A stretch of 63,735 nt of DNA, filler included, from Coriobacteriales bacterium (GTDB lineage: Bacteria; Actinomycetota; Coriobacteriia; Coriobacteriales; UBA8131), in assembly GCA_031263105.1 (NCBI GenBank). It is 6 parts of 6 records of this genome, joined end to end, with 100 filler letters (N's around TTAATTAATTAA, not from the genome) between each part and the next. Parts side by side here need not be neighbours in the genome. Positions count along the whole stretch, not along the records: positions 37,029 to 42,325 come from JAISGJ010000076.1; positions 42,426 to 50,202 come from JAISGJ010000204.1; positions 50,303 to 57,802 come from JAISGJ010000222.1; 3 more parts are not named here. The stretch is one strand, 5' to 3'. Below, one piece after another: positions 38,983 to 51,737 of the stretch; position 1 is the stretch's first letter; every line of letters starts with the position of its first letter. A model generated the notes under the pieces. The model made no database searches and was not told where the DNA came from. It saw nothing but the letters and a program-made list of their open reading frames with translations. Made by a program: the position numbers and the translations under genes.

Positions 38983-40291
38983 TCACCTTGCCGTGCGAGG
39001 CAGAAAGGGTCCCGCCACGACCTTTCCCTCCTCCAGCGAGGCATAGCCCCCTACGAACACGTCGCTCGCGCGGCCCGTGAGCACGCGTCCGAGGAAGGCC
39101 GAGTTGCCTGCCTTCGACTCGAAGCTGCGGGCGGTGACCTCCCAGGTCGCCGCAGGGTCGATGACGGTCAGGTCGGCAACGGAACCCGCCGCAAGCGTGA
39201 CGGGCCCAAGCCCGAGTATGCGTCGCGGCGCGTGGGCCATGCGCTCGACCAGCGCGCCCCAGCCGAGCCTGCCGGTCGCGACCAGCTCGGTCAGCACGAG
39301 CGCAAGCGCCGTCTCCAGGCCCGTGGTGCCGAAGGGCGCGGCCTCGAACTCCAAGGCCTTCTCGTGCGGCGCATGGGGGGCGTGGTCTGTGGCGATGCAG
39401 TCGATGTCGCCTGCGACGAGCGCCTCCTGCAGGGCCTCGACATCCGTGCGCGGGCGCAGCGGCGGGTTCATCTTCAGGTTCGTGTCGTAGCCCTCGTCGA
39501 GGTCGTCCTCGCACAGGAACAGATGGTGCGGCGTGACCTCGCAGCTCACAGGCAGGCCCTGCTCACGGGCGGCCTTCACGAGGGCGACGCCGGCGGCGGT
39601 CGTGATGTGCTGGATGTGCAGGGCACAGCCCGTGAGCGCGCAGAGCGCGATGTCACGGGCTATCTGCACCTCCTCGCCCACGACGGGCCAGCCCGCCATG
39701 CCGAGGCGCGTCGAGGCGGCCCCCTCGTTGACGACGCCCGGGCCGACGAGGTCCTCCATCTGGCAATGGCTGAGCACCGGCTTTGCGAAGGGCAGGGCGT
39801 ACTCCATCGCACGACGCATCATGCCGCCGTCCTGCACGCCGCGCCCGTCGTCGGTGAAGGCGACCGCTCCCGCCTGCACCATGTCGCCCATCTCGCTCAG
39901 GGCCTCGCCTTTGAGGCCCTGCGTCAGCGCCCCGGCAACGTGGACGCGCGTCCGCGTGGCCTCGTGCGCCTTCTCGAGCACGTAGCTCACCGTGGAGCCG
40001 CTGTCGCAGACGGGCGCCGTGTTCGGCATCGCGAGGACCGCCGTGAAGCCGCCACGGGCCGCCGCCGCACCGCCGCTCGCGATGTCCTCCTTGTACTCCT
40101 GCCCGGGCTCGCGCAGGTGCACGTGCATGTCCACAAGCCCCGGCACGAGCACCTTGCCCGCGAGGTCGCGCTCGACGCCCTTGACGAGCACGACGCTGCC
40201 GGGCTCCCCTGTCTCGACGATGACGCCGTCCCTGACGAGGACGTCCCTCTCCCCGTCAAGGCCCACCGCAGGGTCGACGCAGCGCACGTTC

Positions 40292-40308
<17 letters not shown>
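38983..40308 (-). CDS. pyrC: Dihydroorotase
   Basis: DMHVHLREPG, MPNT, CEVTPHHL, KMNPPLR, ATDHAPH. Confidence 0.95.
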
Positions 40309-42120
<1,812 letters not shown>

Positions 42121-42195
42121 TTCGGGTGATGATACGCCTGCACCGGAAACTTGGCAAGCGCACGCACCGTGCGGGGAGCAATGGCTGACGAACTC

Positions 42196-42325
42196 GTTAC
42201 ACATCACACCCCACTGTCACCCCGGGCCCCCACTGCCTGAGCCCCACTGTCACCCCGAGTCCCACTGTCACCCCACGCCCCCAGTGTCACCCACGCCCCC
42301 AGTGTCACCCACGCCCCCAGTGTCA
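42196..42325. mobile_element. Family A MITE left end with tandem subterminal units, cut by gap
   Basis: GTTACACATCACACCCCACTGTCACC followed by repeated CCCCA(C/G)TGTCACCC units. Confidence 0.7.
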
Positions 42326-42646
42326 NNNNNNNNNNNNNNNNNNNNNNNNNNNNNNNNNNNNNNNNNNNNTTAATTAATTAANNNNNNNNNNNNNNNNNNN
42401 NNNNNNNNNNNNNNNNNNNNNNNNNGGGGGCGAACAGCAACGAACGCTGTCGAAAGAACAGTGGGAGCAATGCCGGACGAGCGGGGCTGACGCCGTTTCG
42501 CCGCAGTGGCATTTATCACCCTTTTGGGGGGCGAAGAGGAGGGCTGGCCCTCCTTACACTATTCAATAATGAGCACGGTCATCGCTCGCTGTGCCAGAAC
42601 AGATTGTACGCAGCACAAAAGAGGAAGCCATAAGGAGTTTTTTTGC

Positions 42647-45600
42647 ATGTTCAGGACTTCATTGAAAAAATCGCTGCTGTCGGTATTGGTGCTTGCGCTT
42701 GTGCTCGCTTCGACCGGGATAACCCCTGGAGGAATCAGTGCCGCGCAGGCAGCCGACGCGTATGAGCAGGAAACTGCGGACATCGATGCCGTCGAGTTGG
42801 AAGCGGACCATCCTGTGCAGACGGATGCACCGACAGGGGAGAGCGATACGCAGCTGGCAGACGCCGATCAGCCGGCAGGCAGCGACCAAGCGGCAGGTGC
42901 CGATCAGCCGACAGCTGCCGATCAGCCGGCAGAGCCCGCGCAGGCGGCAGAACCCGCGCAGCCAGCAGACGCCGACCAGTCGGCAGACACCGACCAGTCG
43001 GCAGGCAGCGAGCAGCCAGCAGACGCCGACCGGCCGAAAAGCGACAAGCAGCGGGAAAGCGACAACCCAACAGTGCTCCCCCTTGCTTCGAAGGGCAGGG
43101 CGGAAGAGGAACGCATCGCAGCACAGCAGCAGGAACCGGGCGGCGTGATAGTCTCTGTTCCGACAAAATTTGAAAACAACTCGAGCTACCAAGTGTTCTT
43201 GCCGGTGTTTCACTATCGTCCGCAGGGAACGGAAACCTGGATATCGGTCAATGTGGACACAGACACGGCAGGGCATTTCCGGTTCTATGTTGACGCGCAA
43301 AAAATCACGGCCGACACGACCTATGAGTATGTGACGACCTATCGTCTCGCCAACTCCTCCAGCAATACGTCTTTTCAGCTATGCAAGCTGATCGGGACGT
43401 TTCAAAGAGACGCGTCCGGACAGTGGGCGCACGTCAACAACAACCAGGAAAACGTCACCACGCAAAGAGCAGTAGACGACAGAGACGGCTATAGCTTTAT
43501 GATTGAGAACAGTTCGCGCATCAAATCATTGGTCTACAGCGGTCGCGCTTTTTGGTTTTATCCCAGTGTGCCGGGAACGAATGTCTATATGAGCGCGACC
43601 GACCCGTTCGATGGGACCCCGGTGCCCGTTTCTTATGGAGGGAGATTCTCTGCGGCTGTTCATGCCATCGTAAAAGGCGGGCCGAGCCAGCCCATAGGAG
43701 TGTATAAAGCGGTCACCACGGACGGAAGCGCAACGGACGGCGCAGGCATCTCGTATCGCGACTTGGCGTACCCGTACCGCATCGATGTCCCCGATTATCT
43801 TAACGCCAGTGGCACGTACTATCCCCTTTTGGCTTCCGACGGCAGCTACGATGCCAAAAACGGCGGCAGTGTGGTCGTCGAGGGAAACACCCACACGATG
43901 ACGCACACGGGACTCGGGGTGCCCGGTCGGTGGGACATCGGGTTGAAATACGCAGTCCCCGGCATCACGATTCAGAATCTTTTGGAGAACACAGAGATCA
44001 CGTTGATCGAAGGCGACCAGGGCAGCTTTGAATACAACCCATCGCCAAGCGGCATGGTGTTGCAATTCAGGAACCTGCCTCCCGGCGAGAACAAAGTGGT
44101 GGTAGAGTTATCCGCAGAAGGCCTGTTCACCGTACCGCTGCGTCTTACCATTGACGCCGATACGGCGACGTTGAAATTGACCAACATGGATGAGATCGCG
44201 GAACTGACCTCTTCCGCAACGTATGACGAGCCCAAAGGCCTGTTGACTCTGACGCAGGTCATCAAGATGGACATGGAGCGTGAGAACGGCGAAGTTTTCG
44301 CCAAGTCCCCCTCGATCTTCAAGTCCATATCCAACAACCGTCTGGTGCCGGGCGTCCCTGCCACAAGGCAGTTCCGTGTTTACAACGGAAGCGGGACGGC
44401 GTCATACAAGGTGACCGATTACTATATGAGCCCTCAGTACACCAGGCTCTCCACACGGAGCGTCATCCGTGCCCTGCCCAATGGGGATTCAGCGATTGAC
44501 AAATATATGCAGAAATACAATCCCGACGAATTGGCCAAAACCCCCATGCGGTACGTATACGATTTTGAAGGGGTAAACGGCGAAAGCCTGTATGACGGCC
44601 TGCTGCGCTACTACAGGGAACTTCCGGGCGACCCGTATCCCGGCTTGGAAAAATTGGAGGACCTGCCTGCGACGGTGATCGGTCAAGAGATATTCACAGG
44701 CCCTCATCCGTACTATACGCTGTCCCAGGTGGATACCGCCAATGAGAACGTCACGCAAACATCCACGAATGCCTATGTCGTCTGGGAATATGACCCAAAG
44801 ATGATAGACCTTGCCAACCATCTGCTGTACGAACATGCCCTGTACATCAGTTTCGACAGCAGTCCAGATGCGTATCCGTGGTCAAGTTCAAACGCGGCGG
44901 AGTCCTACGGCGCATATCGCGACAGGACACCGGAGAACAAAGCGATGATGGACGACATCATCCGCGGAGTGCCCGCCATGGCGCCCGGGAACTATGCGGC
45001 CTTTGACAATTTCTCCTTCGGTGTCAGCGGCACTCTGATCAACAATCCCTACCTGTTCTCACGTTACAATTTTGGATTTGACTTCAGGTTGTTGCTTTCT
45101 GTGGTCGGCGTGGAAGGCGTTGCGTTCGAGGACGTCAATGCAAACGGCGTATACGACAGCGGCATCGACCGCCTGCTGCCGGGCACCAGGGTGCAATTGT
45201 TCCGTGACGGGGAATCGGGTCTCACTGCCGAAACCACAACCGATGAGCATGGTCGCTATGAGTTCGCGAGTGTTCCCCATGGAAGCAGCTATTACCTGTC
45301 GGTGGAGACTCCTGCCGGCATGGAGTTGATACAAAAGGGAACGAGCAAGGTATCCAGCCATTTCGATCCGGGCAGCAGCAAGACCGAGACGTTCCTTGTG
45401 GAGAAAGACGAGGCCTACCGGTACAATGCGGGCTTTGTGGCAAAGCAGGACAGTTGGACCGTCACGTACCATGGCAACGGTGCAAGTGGCACGGTGGTTG
45501 ACGGGAACAGCCCCTACTCCGGAGGCACCGCAACTGTCCTGCCGCATGATCACACGCATGCAGGAGCGCCGGTCAGCACAGGGTTCGAGTGGGCCGACCG

Positions 45601-46192
45601 CTCTTTTACCTCCTGGAACACCGCAGCTGACGGAAGCGGAACGAGGTATCTGCCCGGTGACAAGGTGACAATGAACCAGAATTATCTCCTCTATGCACAG
45701 TGGGAGATAGAGGGAGCCGAGACGCTCTGCCGGGTGGACTTTGACTCCAATGGCGGCAGTCCGGCGTTCGAGTCCTATGAAGGACTGCGCCATGACAGCC
45801 GTATCGACTCTCCGGGAGAGCCTTCTCGCGATGGATATGTTTTCCAAGGGTGGTATCTGGGAGAAGAGAAGTGGGACTTCAACACGGATACGGTCAAGCA
45901 GGACATCACGCTTGTAGCGCACTGGAAACCTCGGGAGGAGCCTTCGACCCCCCTGCCGGAACCGGGGGACAATACCCCGCCCCCCTGCCCGAAGCCCGGC
46001 TGCGACGCCCCGCCCCCCTGCCCGAAGCCCGGCTGCAACGCCCCGACCCCCTGCCCGAAGCCAGGCTGCAACGCCCCGACCGCATTGCCGAAAACAGGAG
46101 ACTCCAGCTCCCCATGGCTCTTTGCCCTATTGGGAACAACGTTGGCCGCCGCCGCCGTCTTGTTGGTGCGCAAGATACGACGAAGCGACTGA
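42647..46192 (+). CDS. LPXTG-anchored surface protein (SdrD-B-like and InlB B-repeat-like domains)
   Basis: Signal peptide, 18-bp ADQPA repeats, FEDVNANGVYD...TTTDEHGRYEF, two B-repeat-like modules, LPKTG + TM + RKIRR. Confidence 0.9.
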   Translation: MFRTSLKKSLLSVLVLALVLASTGITPGGISAAQAADAYEQETADIDAVELEADHPVQTDAPTGESDTQLADADQPAGSDQAAGADQPTAADQPAEPAQAAEPAQPADADQSADTDQSAGSEQPADADRPKSDKQRESDNPTVLPLASKGRAEEERIAAQQQEPGGVIVSVPTKFENNSSYQVFLPVFHYRPQGTETWISVNVDTDTAGHFRFYVDAQKITADTTYEYVTTYRLANSSSNTSFQLCKLIGTFQRDASGQWAHVNNNQENVTTQRAVDDRDGYSFMIENSSRIKSLVYSGRAFWFYPSVPGTNVYMSATDPFDGTPVPVSYGGRFSAAVHAIVKGGPSQPIGVYKAVTTDGSATDGAGISYRDLAYPYRIDVPDYLNASGTYYPLLASDGSYDAKNGGSVVVEGNTHTMTHTGLGVPGRWDIGLKYAVPGITIQNLLENTEITLIEGDQGSFEYNPSPSGMVLQFRNLPPGENKVVVELSAEGLFTVPLRLTIDADTATLKLTNMDEIAELTSSATYDEPKGLLTLTQVIKMDMERENGEVFAKSPSIFKSISNNRLVPGVPATRQFRVYNGSGTASYKVTDYYMSPQYTRLSTRSVIRALPNGDSAIDKYMQKYNPDELAKTPMRYVYDFEGVNGESLYDGLLRYYRELPGDPYPGLEKLEDLPATVIGQEIFTGPHPYYTLSQVDTANENVTQTSTNAYVVWEYDPKMIDLANHLLYEHALYISFDSSPDAYPWSSSNAAESYGAYRDRTPENKAMMDDIIRGVPAMAPGNYAAFDNFSFGVSGTLINNPYLFSRYNFGFDFRLLLSVVGVEGVAFEDVNANGVYDSGIDRLLPGTRVQLFRDGESGLTAETTTDEHGRYEFASVPHGSSYYLSVETPAGMELIQKGTSKVSSHFDPGSSKTETFLVEKDEAYRYNAGFVAKQDSWTVTYHGNGASGTVVDGNSPYSGGTATVLPHDHTHAGAPVSTGFEWADRSFTSWNTAADGSGTRYLPGDKVTMNQNYLLYAQWEIEGAETLCRVDFDSNGGSPAFESYEGLRHDSRIDSPGEPSRDGYVFQGWYLGEEKWDFNTDTVKQDITLVAHWKPREEPSTPLPEPGDNTPPPCPKPGCDAPPPCPKPGCNAPTPCPKPGCNAPTALPKTGDSSSPWLFALLGTTLAAAAVLLVRKIRRSD

Positions 46193-46307
46193 CACCGTGT
46201 GACAAGGGGCGGCATGTGACAAGGGTGCGGCAAGGGTGCGGCAAGGGACGGCGCTCTGGTCACATGCATAACCTGTGAAAAAATCTCAAAAAACTTTCAA
46301 AATGCCC

Positions 46308-46338
46308 TTTACTATGACCTAGGGTCATAGTTTATCGT
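46308..46338 (+). promoter_or_regulatory. MerR-type promoter/operator
   Basis: -35 TTTACT, 19-bp spacer, -10 TATCGT; palindrome ACTATGACC-tag-GGTCATAGT (46311-46331) overlaps the spacer. Confidence 0.8.
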
Positions 46339-46406
46339 GAGGTTTGCGTTGGGAAACCTGCAACGAAGGAACGACGACGAAGGGCTGTTGTGAGAGGAGG
46401 CCTGCT

Positions 46407-47192
46407 GTGAAGAGTGCGGAGCTCGCCCGTTTGGCGGGCGTTACGGTCAGGAGCCTGCGGCATTACCACCAACTCGGCATACTCGCCGAGCCGCAGCGCG
46501 ACGAGAACGGGTATCGCCACTATTCCGTCTCCGATTTGTTCAAGGTGGTGAGAATAAAGAACCTCGCATCTGCCGGCGTCTCCCTTCGGGAGGTGGCGCA
46601 GCTCCTGCAGGAGGAAGAGGGGGTCGATTTTGGCGAGACCCTCAGGCGCGCCGACAAGGAGCTTGCGAAGGCCATCGAGCGCCTCAACGAACAGCGTGCG
46701 CTCATTGCGCTTGCCCTCGAGACCGAGCTGCTGCCGGACATGCCCGGCGAGGCCCTGCCCCTCGTGCAGCGCCTCATGGCCAGCGACACCTTCGTGCTCG
46801 ACCAAGAGTCCAAGGAGGCGTTGCCCACCCTTATCAACCTGATGGACTTTTCCAAAGGCGGAACGTTGGACGCGTTCATCGATCGGGTGGTCGACCCTGC
46901 GCTCAACGAGCGTTACGCACGGATCTGGGAACGCTTCGAGCGGCTGACCGAGGACAGCGATGCGGCTGAGATAGGGGCGGTGATCGAGGAGATGGAGGCG
47001 GCTCGGGGCGTCATGGATGCGGACGGCCAGCTCGAAGGCCTGATAGACACCACCGACATGCGTGCCTTTCTCACCCTGTACGCGCAGGAACACCTGAACA
47101 GCGCACAGCGCATCGCGGCCACAGCCTTCTCGGAGGATGGCGGGCGGCCCACAAGAGGCACACAAGACACGCACGTACCGGAAAGAGGGTGA
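46407..47192 (+). CDS. MerR-family transcriptional regulator
   Basis: ELARLAGVTVRSLRHYHQLGIL...NGYRHY. Confidence 0.9.
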   Translation: MKSAELARLAGVTVRSLRHYHQLGILAEPQRDENGYRHYSVSDLFKVVRIKNLASAGVSLREVAQLLQEEEGVDFGETLRRADKELAKAIERLNEQRALIALALETELLPDMPGEALPLVQRLMASDTFVLDQESKEALPTLINLMDFSKGGTLDAFIDRVVDPALNERYARIWERFERLTEDSDAAEIGAVIEEMEAARGVMDADGQLEGLIDTTDMRAFLTLYAQEHLNSAQRIAATAFSEDGGRPTRGTQDTHVPERG

Positions 47193-47197
47193 CAGAC

Positions 47198-48079
47198 ATG
47201 ATGAGTGCGATTCTGGTTCTTCTGTTGCTGGTCTACATGGCCCTGAGCGTGGTCATGGGATTGCGAGAGGTGAGAAGCGCACGGCAGGCGCAGGAACCGG
47301 GGCAGGCGCAGGCGTCGGCGCAGCCCGCTGTGCGCGCTGAGGAGACGCGACGTCTCCGCTTGTACCGGGCGACCATCCTTCAGTCATGGGGGGTGACGCT
47401 TTGCCTGGGCCTTGTCGCACTGGCAGGTGGCTTCACCTTGTCGCAACTGGGCCTGGGCGCGTTTTCACAGGCGTCGTTCGGGGTAAACCCGGTGTTTGCC
47501 ACGGTAGCCTTCGTCGTCTGCGGCGGCTTTTGCGTGTACCTGGTGGCTCAGTGCATCTATTTGCAGCGAAACCACGAGGCCCTAAGCCGCGCCTGGCAGC
47601 AGACGGAAAAGGATGCCGTCGCTGCGATGCTGATACCACGCTCCCTGCGCGAGCGTCGGCTGTTCCTCCTTGTCGCGCTGACCGCCGGCATCTGCGAGGA
47701 GTTCGTCATGCGCGGCCTGGCCTTCGCGCTTCTGCAGGACTTCTTCCCGGGCATGAGCGTCTACCTGCTCCCCGTGGTCGCGGGCCTCGTGTTCGGTGCG
47801 ATGCATGCCTACCAAGGGGTTGCGGGAGTCGCCAAAACCGGTGCGCTGGGTGCGCTGTTGGGCTGCCTGTACCTTGCGACGGGCACCCTGTATCCTGCCA
47901 TGCTCGCACACTTCGTCATCGACGCGACAAACTGCCTCATCGCCCCACCCGAGAGAGCCGCAGACACAGACGGAGCCCACGAAGCATCCGAGAGCCTTGC
48001 TGTTGAGCCTGTCAATCCTTTTGAAGCTCCAACACCGCATGTCGTCATCATTGACGAAGGGCTAACCGACAGACGGTGA
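47198..48079 (+). CDS. CPBP (CAAX/Abi) family intramembrane glutamic endopeptidase
   Basis: [26 protein letters not shown] motifs. Confidence 0.9.
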   Translation: MMSAILVLLLLVYMALSVVMGLREVRSARQAQEPGQAQASAQPAVRAEETRRLRLYRATILQSWGVTLCLGLVALAGGFTLSQLGLGAFSQASFGVNPVFATVAFVVCGGFCVYLVAQCIYLQRNHEALSRAWQQTEKDAVAAMLIPRSLRERRLFLLVALTAGICEEFVMRGLAFALLQDFFPGMSVYLLPVVAGLVFGAMHAYQGVAGVAKTGALGALLGCLYLATGTLYPAMLAHFVIDATNCLIAPPERAADTDGAHEASESLAVEPVNPFEAPTPHVVIIDEGLTDRR

Positions 48080-49507
48080 AGCAGTCTCCTCGTGTGTGGC
48101 AGGGAGCGCCTTCTTCTTGCCCTTCTTGCCCTTCTCGTTCTTCTCGCCCTTCTTGCCCTTTCCGTCCTTCCCGTCCGTCTCGTCCGTCTCGTTGCCATCC
48201 TCGAGTTCTGCGAACTTCGCCTTCATGGTGGGGTTTCCTCGGGTCAGGCGCTTGATGGTCAGGTCCTCGGCCTTGTTGTTCGCGAGGCGGAGGTTGTTCT
48301 CGGAGCTCAGGAGGTTCTCCTTGATCTTCTGGAGGTGGTCGATGCTCTTGTCGATCTCGTCGACGGCGGCCTTGAACCTGCGGCTCGCCAGGTCGTAGTT
48401 CTTGGCAAAGCCCTCCTTGAACCTGGTGATCCGCTCCTCGAAGTCGGTGATGTCGATGTTCTGGTTCCTCACGAGGGCGAGCTCCGAGCGGTACGCAAGG
48501 GAGTTCAGCGCCGCATTGCGCAGGAGCGTTATCATGGGGATGAAGAACTGGGGGCGGATGACGTACATCTTGGGGTACCGGTGCGAGACGTCGACGATGC
48601 CGGTGTTGTAGAGGTCGCTCTCGGCCTCGAGCAACGACACCAGCACGGCGTACTCGCAGTTCTTCTCGGTGCGGTCCCGGTCGAGCTCCTTGAAGAAGTC
48701 CTCGTTCCTGCGCTTGACGCTGTTGGTGTCGGATTCGTTCTTCATCTCGAACATGATGGAGATGACCTCGGTGCCGGACTCGTCGGCCTCGCGGTAGATG
48801 TAGTCCCCCTTGCTGCCGCCGCGCACGTCGTTGTCCTTCTCGAAGTAGGCGTTCTGGAACCCCGTCGCACGGAGCTTGTTGAATTCGACCTCGCAGTGCT
48901 GCTCCAAGGTCTCCCCGAGCATCTTCGTCGAGAGCCTCGTCCTCATGTCCTTGAGGCGTTCGATCATCTCGTCCTTTGCCTCGATCTCTCCTTGGTACCT
49001 CTCGCTGAGCGAGACCCGCAGGGTCTCCTTCTCGCCCTCTTGGGCTGCCAGTTGGGCGAGAAGGGCGTCGCGTTCCTTCTCGACGGCGCCCACCGCCTCG
49101 GCGAGGGCGAGCTTCTTCTCGGCCTCGGCGAGCTCGACCTTCGACCTGAGGGCGGCAAGCTCCGCGTCCTTCTGGGCCCCCAGCTCGGCAAGCCCCGCGT
49201 CTTGCTGGGCCTTCAGTGTGGCGAGCTCTGCATCCTGCTGGGCCTTCAGCTCGACGCGCTCTGCGTCCCGCTGGGCCTTCAGCGTGGCGATCTCGATGTC
49301 CCGTTTCGCGAGGTCGTCGCCCAGGGCGTTTCTGGCTGTGGCCTCCGCGAGCTTGACGGCGGCCTCCTTGTCGGCCTGCAGAAGCGCCTCCCGCTCGTGC
49401 AGCTCCCTGGCGAACGCGGAGTCGCGAACCTGCTTGAGGATGCCCGCGTAGTCCGCCTCATCGACCTGGAAGACGCTCCCGCACTTCGGGCACTTGATCT
49501 CGTTCAT
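48062..49507 (-). CDS. DUF2130-family coiled-coil protein
   Basis: [47 protein letters not shown]; 33-bp LKAQQDAE repeats. Confidence 0.8.
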   Translation of the reverse strand: MNEIKCPKCGSVFQVDEADYAGILKQVRDSAFARELHEREALLQADKEAAVKLAEATARNALGDDLAKRDIEIATLKAQRDAERVELKAQQDAELATLKAQQDAGLAELGAQKDAELAALRSKVELAEAEKKLALAEAVGAVEKERDALLAQLAAQEGEKETLRVSLSERYQGEIEAKDEMIERLKDMRTRLSTKMLGETLEQHCEVEFNKLRATGFQNAYFEKDNDVRGGSKGDYIYREADESGTEVISIMFEMKNESDTNSVKRRNEDFFKELDRDRTEKNCEYAVLVSLLEAESDLYNTGIVDVSHRYPKMYVIRPQFFIPMITLLRNAALNSLAYRSELALVRNQNIDITDFEERITRFKEGFAKNYDLASRRFKAAVDEIDKSIDHLQKIKENLLSSENNLRLANNKAEDLTIKRLTRGNPTMKAKFAELEDGNETDETDGKDGKGKKGEKNEKGKKGKKKALPATHEETASPSVG

Positions 49508-49524
49508 CGTCGCTTCTTGCCCTT

Positions 49525-49824
49525 CTATCCGACACAGGCAATCAGATCCGGGACTTCTTCCGCATGAATCTTCTCCAAGTCAACGGTTCTCATCCTGTAG
49601 GTGATCTCCAGGTTCATCCAGAACTGTGGGCTTGTCCTCAGTGCACGCCCGAGCAATGTCGCCATCTCTGGAGTGATTGCCCGCGTGCCCTTGACGATCT
49701 CGGAGACGGCCGACTGTGGCTTCTGGATGGCCTTCGCCAATCTATACTGAGATATCCCCAAGGGATCCAAGAACTCCTCCTTGAGAATCTCGCCCGGGGT
49801 GAATATACAGCTTGTTTCTGTCAT
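49525..49824 (-). CDS. higA: HigA-family antitoxin (orphan)
   Basis: [24 protein letters not shown]...AITPEMA...PQFWMNL. Confidence 0.85.
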   Translation of the reverse strand: MTETSCIFTPGEILKEEFLDPLGISQYRLAKAIQKPQSAVSEIVKGTRAITPEMATLLGRALRTSPQFWMNLEITYRMRTVDLEKIHAEEVPDLIACVG

Positions 49825-49930
49825 ACGATAATACTGCTGTCTTGCGATAGTAATGTCAAGCGCCGCATGCCTGCCGCCGCACAGAGGCACATATACGCAT
49901 GCCGTTAGCCCTTGCATGCACTCCGTTGCC

Positions 49931-50202
49931 GTTACACGTCACACCCCGCTCACCCCGACCCCACCGTCACCCCGACCCCACCGTCACCCCGAGCCCCCAC
50001 CGCCACCCCGACCCCACCGCCACCCCGACCCCACCGCCCCCCCGACCCCCACTGTCATTCCGAGCCCCGCCGAGGAATCCTTGGACACGCAGTGTCCAAC
50101 GGCAGGCCAGGGGGCCCCTCGACCTGTGGTCGACCGCTGGCGCGGCCGAGGATTCCGCGCCAGGCTCGGCATGCCAGTGGGGCACGGGGTGGCGGTGGGG
50201 TC
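49931..50202. mobile_element. Family A MITE with amplified subterminal units, cut by gap
   Basis: GTTACACGTCACACCCC start, repeated CCCCACCGTCACCCCGA units, CACTGTCATTCCGAGC, GGACACGCAGTGTCCAAC module. Confidence 0.75.
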
Positions 50203-50302
50203 NNNNNNNNNNNNNNNNNNNNNNNNNNNNNNNNNNNNNNNNNNNNTTAATTAATTAANNNNNNNNNNNNNNNNNNNNNNNNNNNNNNNNNNNNNNNNNN
50301 NN

Positions 50303-50344
50303 CCTCGGCGGGGCTCGGAATGACAGTGGGAGGCGTACAGTAAC
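50303..50344. mobile_element. Family A MITE end fused to the 3' end of a CDS
   Basis: GCTCGGAATGACAGTGGGAGGCGTACAGTAAC. Confidence 0.75.
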
Positions 50345-51116
50345 TCCCAAGTCCTTCCCAGGTCTCCTGCTTGTCGAGTTCGTCCAGCACCGTCGTGGTC
50401 ATGTCGTTCACGGACTGACCCGACGTGACCGTTCGGACGGATCCGAGCAGTTCGGACAGATCGGTGTTGCCGGTGCGCTGCGCCGCTTGGGTGATGCGCT
50501 CCATGTCGTGACAGTAGAAGCCGGAGGAGGTGGACATGAAGGCGTCCAGTCCGCGCAGCAGCAGCTCGCGGCGCAGGTCGAGCAGGACGATGATGTCCTG
50601 CACTGAGGCGGGCAGTCCGGCGAACTGTGCGGAGGCGAGAAAGTCGTCGGGTTGCGCGGGGCGCGCGAACCATAGGAACTCGATCTTCTCCAGACCGTCA
50701 TACTCGGCCACTGCCGCAGCTGTGATGCGCATGCGATCCGACAAGACGACATTTCCCGGATCGAACCTGTGGTCATGCTGCGCGTCTATCTTTTCCAACT
50801 CCCGTGCGAGCCACGACTGCGCCAACCGGGTCGTGGACAAAACGAGTGACGGCTGGCTGACATCCTCGTGTCTTTTGTTGTAGCTGCGCACAACGACGTA
50901 GGCGACCGCCACCAAGACAGCGCCGGGTATGAGGCTGACCGCCCGAAGCACGGTCGAGCCTCCCCATCCGGAGTCCTCGCCCACGCTCAGAATGAGCACC
51001 GAGACGCCAATGAACGCCAGCAGCCAGCCAAGGATGCTCGTGATCAGGGACTTCAGGCGCGTGCCGAGCGGCTGGCGTTCCTTGGGGGGCCTCACTGCGG
51101 CAGGGTCAGCGTCCAC
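50303..51116 (-). CDS. Membrane protein with possible DMP19/DUF4375-like C-terminal domain; 3' end runs into a MITE and the gap
   Basis: Two N-terminal TMs; ELLLRGLDAFMSTSSGFY loosely resembles DUF4375. Confidence 0.45.
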
Positions 51117-51604
51117 AGGTGGTCGACGCCGCCCTTGATCGCGACCACGGCCACGTTATACTCGAAATCGGAAGGGGCCATGACCTGATTGGTGCAGGCA
51201 TACACCCCGAAGCGCTCTTGGAACCACTGGCACAGCGCACGCGACCGCATGCCCTGCCAGACGAAGAAGGCATTCTGCTTCTTGTCCCGGCCCTTCCAGG
51301 TCGCCTTTCCGTCATCTTTAATCATCTTGACCGGTAAAGCGGTATTGATCGCCACCCGGATAGCCTCCAGATCGGGAGTCACCTCGGCGGGGTTCCAGTG
51401 GACGTAGATAACCAGTCCCGTTCCCGTGCCGCCGGGCGCCGGCATGGGGGCGACGGCGCCCACGAAGCGCTCGTCGGCTGAATCCCACAGCTCATAGGCC
51501 GCTTGGGCCTGCTTTTTCGCGCCGAAGATTCCCGGTTCATCAGTCAGCGACAAGAATCCCTCGGCCGATGTCAGTTGCACCGCAATCGCATTGGAATCAA
51601 TCAT
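51092..51604 (-). CDS. Hypothetical protein
   Basis: RBS AGGGAG, normal amino-acid composition, overlaps the next gene start. Confidence 0.6.
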   Translation of the reverse strand: MIDSNAIAVQLTSAEGFLSLTDEPGIFGAKKQAQAAYELWDSADERFVGAVAPMPAPGGTGTGLVIYVHWNPAEVTPDLEAIRVAINTALPVKMIKDDGKATWKGRDKKQNAFFVWQGMRSRALCQWFQERFGVYACTNQVMAPSDFEYNVAVVAIKGGVDHLWTLTLPQ

Positions 51605-51737
51605 GGCTCCCTCTTTCTGAAATTCGGTGAAGCGAAATTGCGTTATACGGATCCTGCCTGAGACTCATAGAGCTGTTGTTTGGTGGAGCGGAGTTATCGC
51701 TCTACGAACCCAAGACAGGGTTCGTAGAGAAGTTGTT

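Noticed and set aside
42205..42325. Tandem short repeats resembling a CRISPR array (also 49945-50060)
   Set aside because: No unique spacers of constant length and no cas genes; these are subterminal units of the family A MITE
42188..42448. Possible TSD (ACGAACTC / ACGAACGC) spanning gap 3
   Set aside because: It needs a 2-bp loss at a degenerate right end and crosses an artificial spacer; too weak to claim
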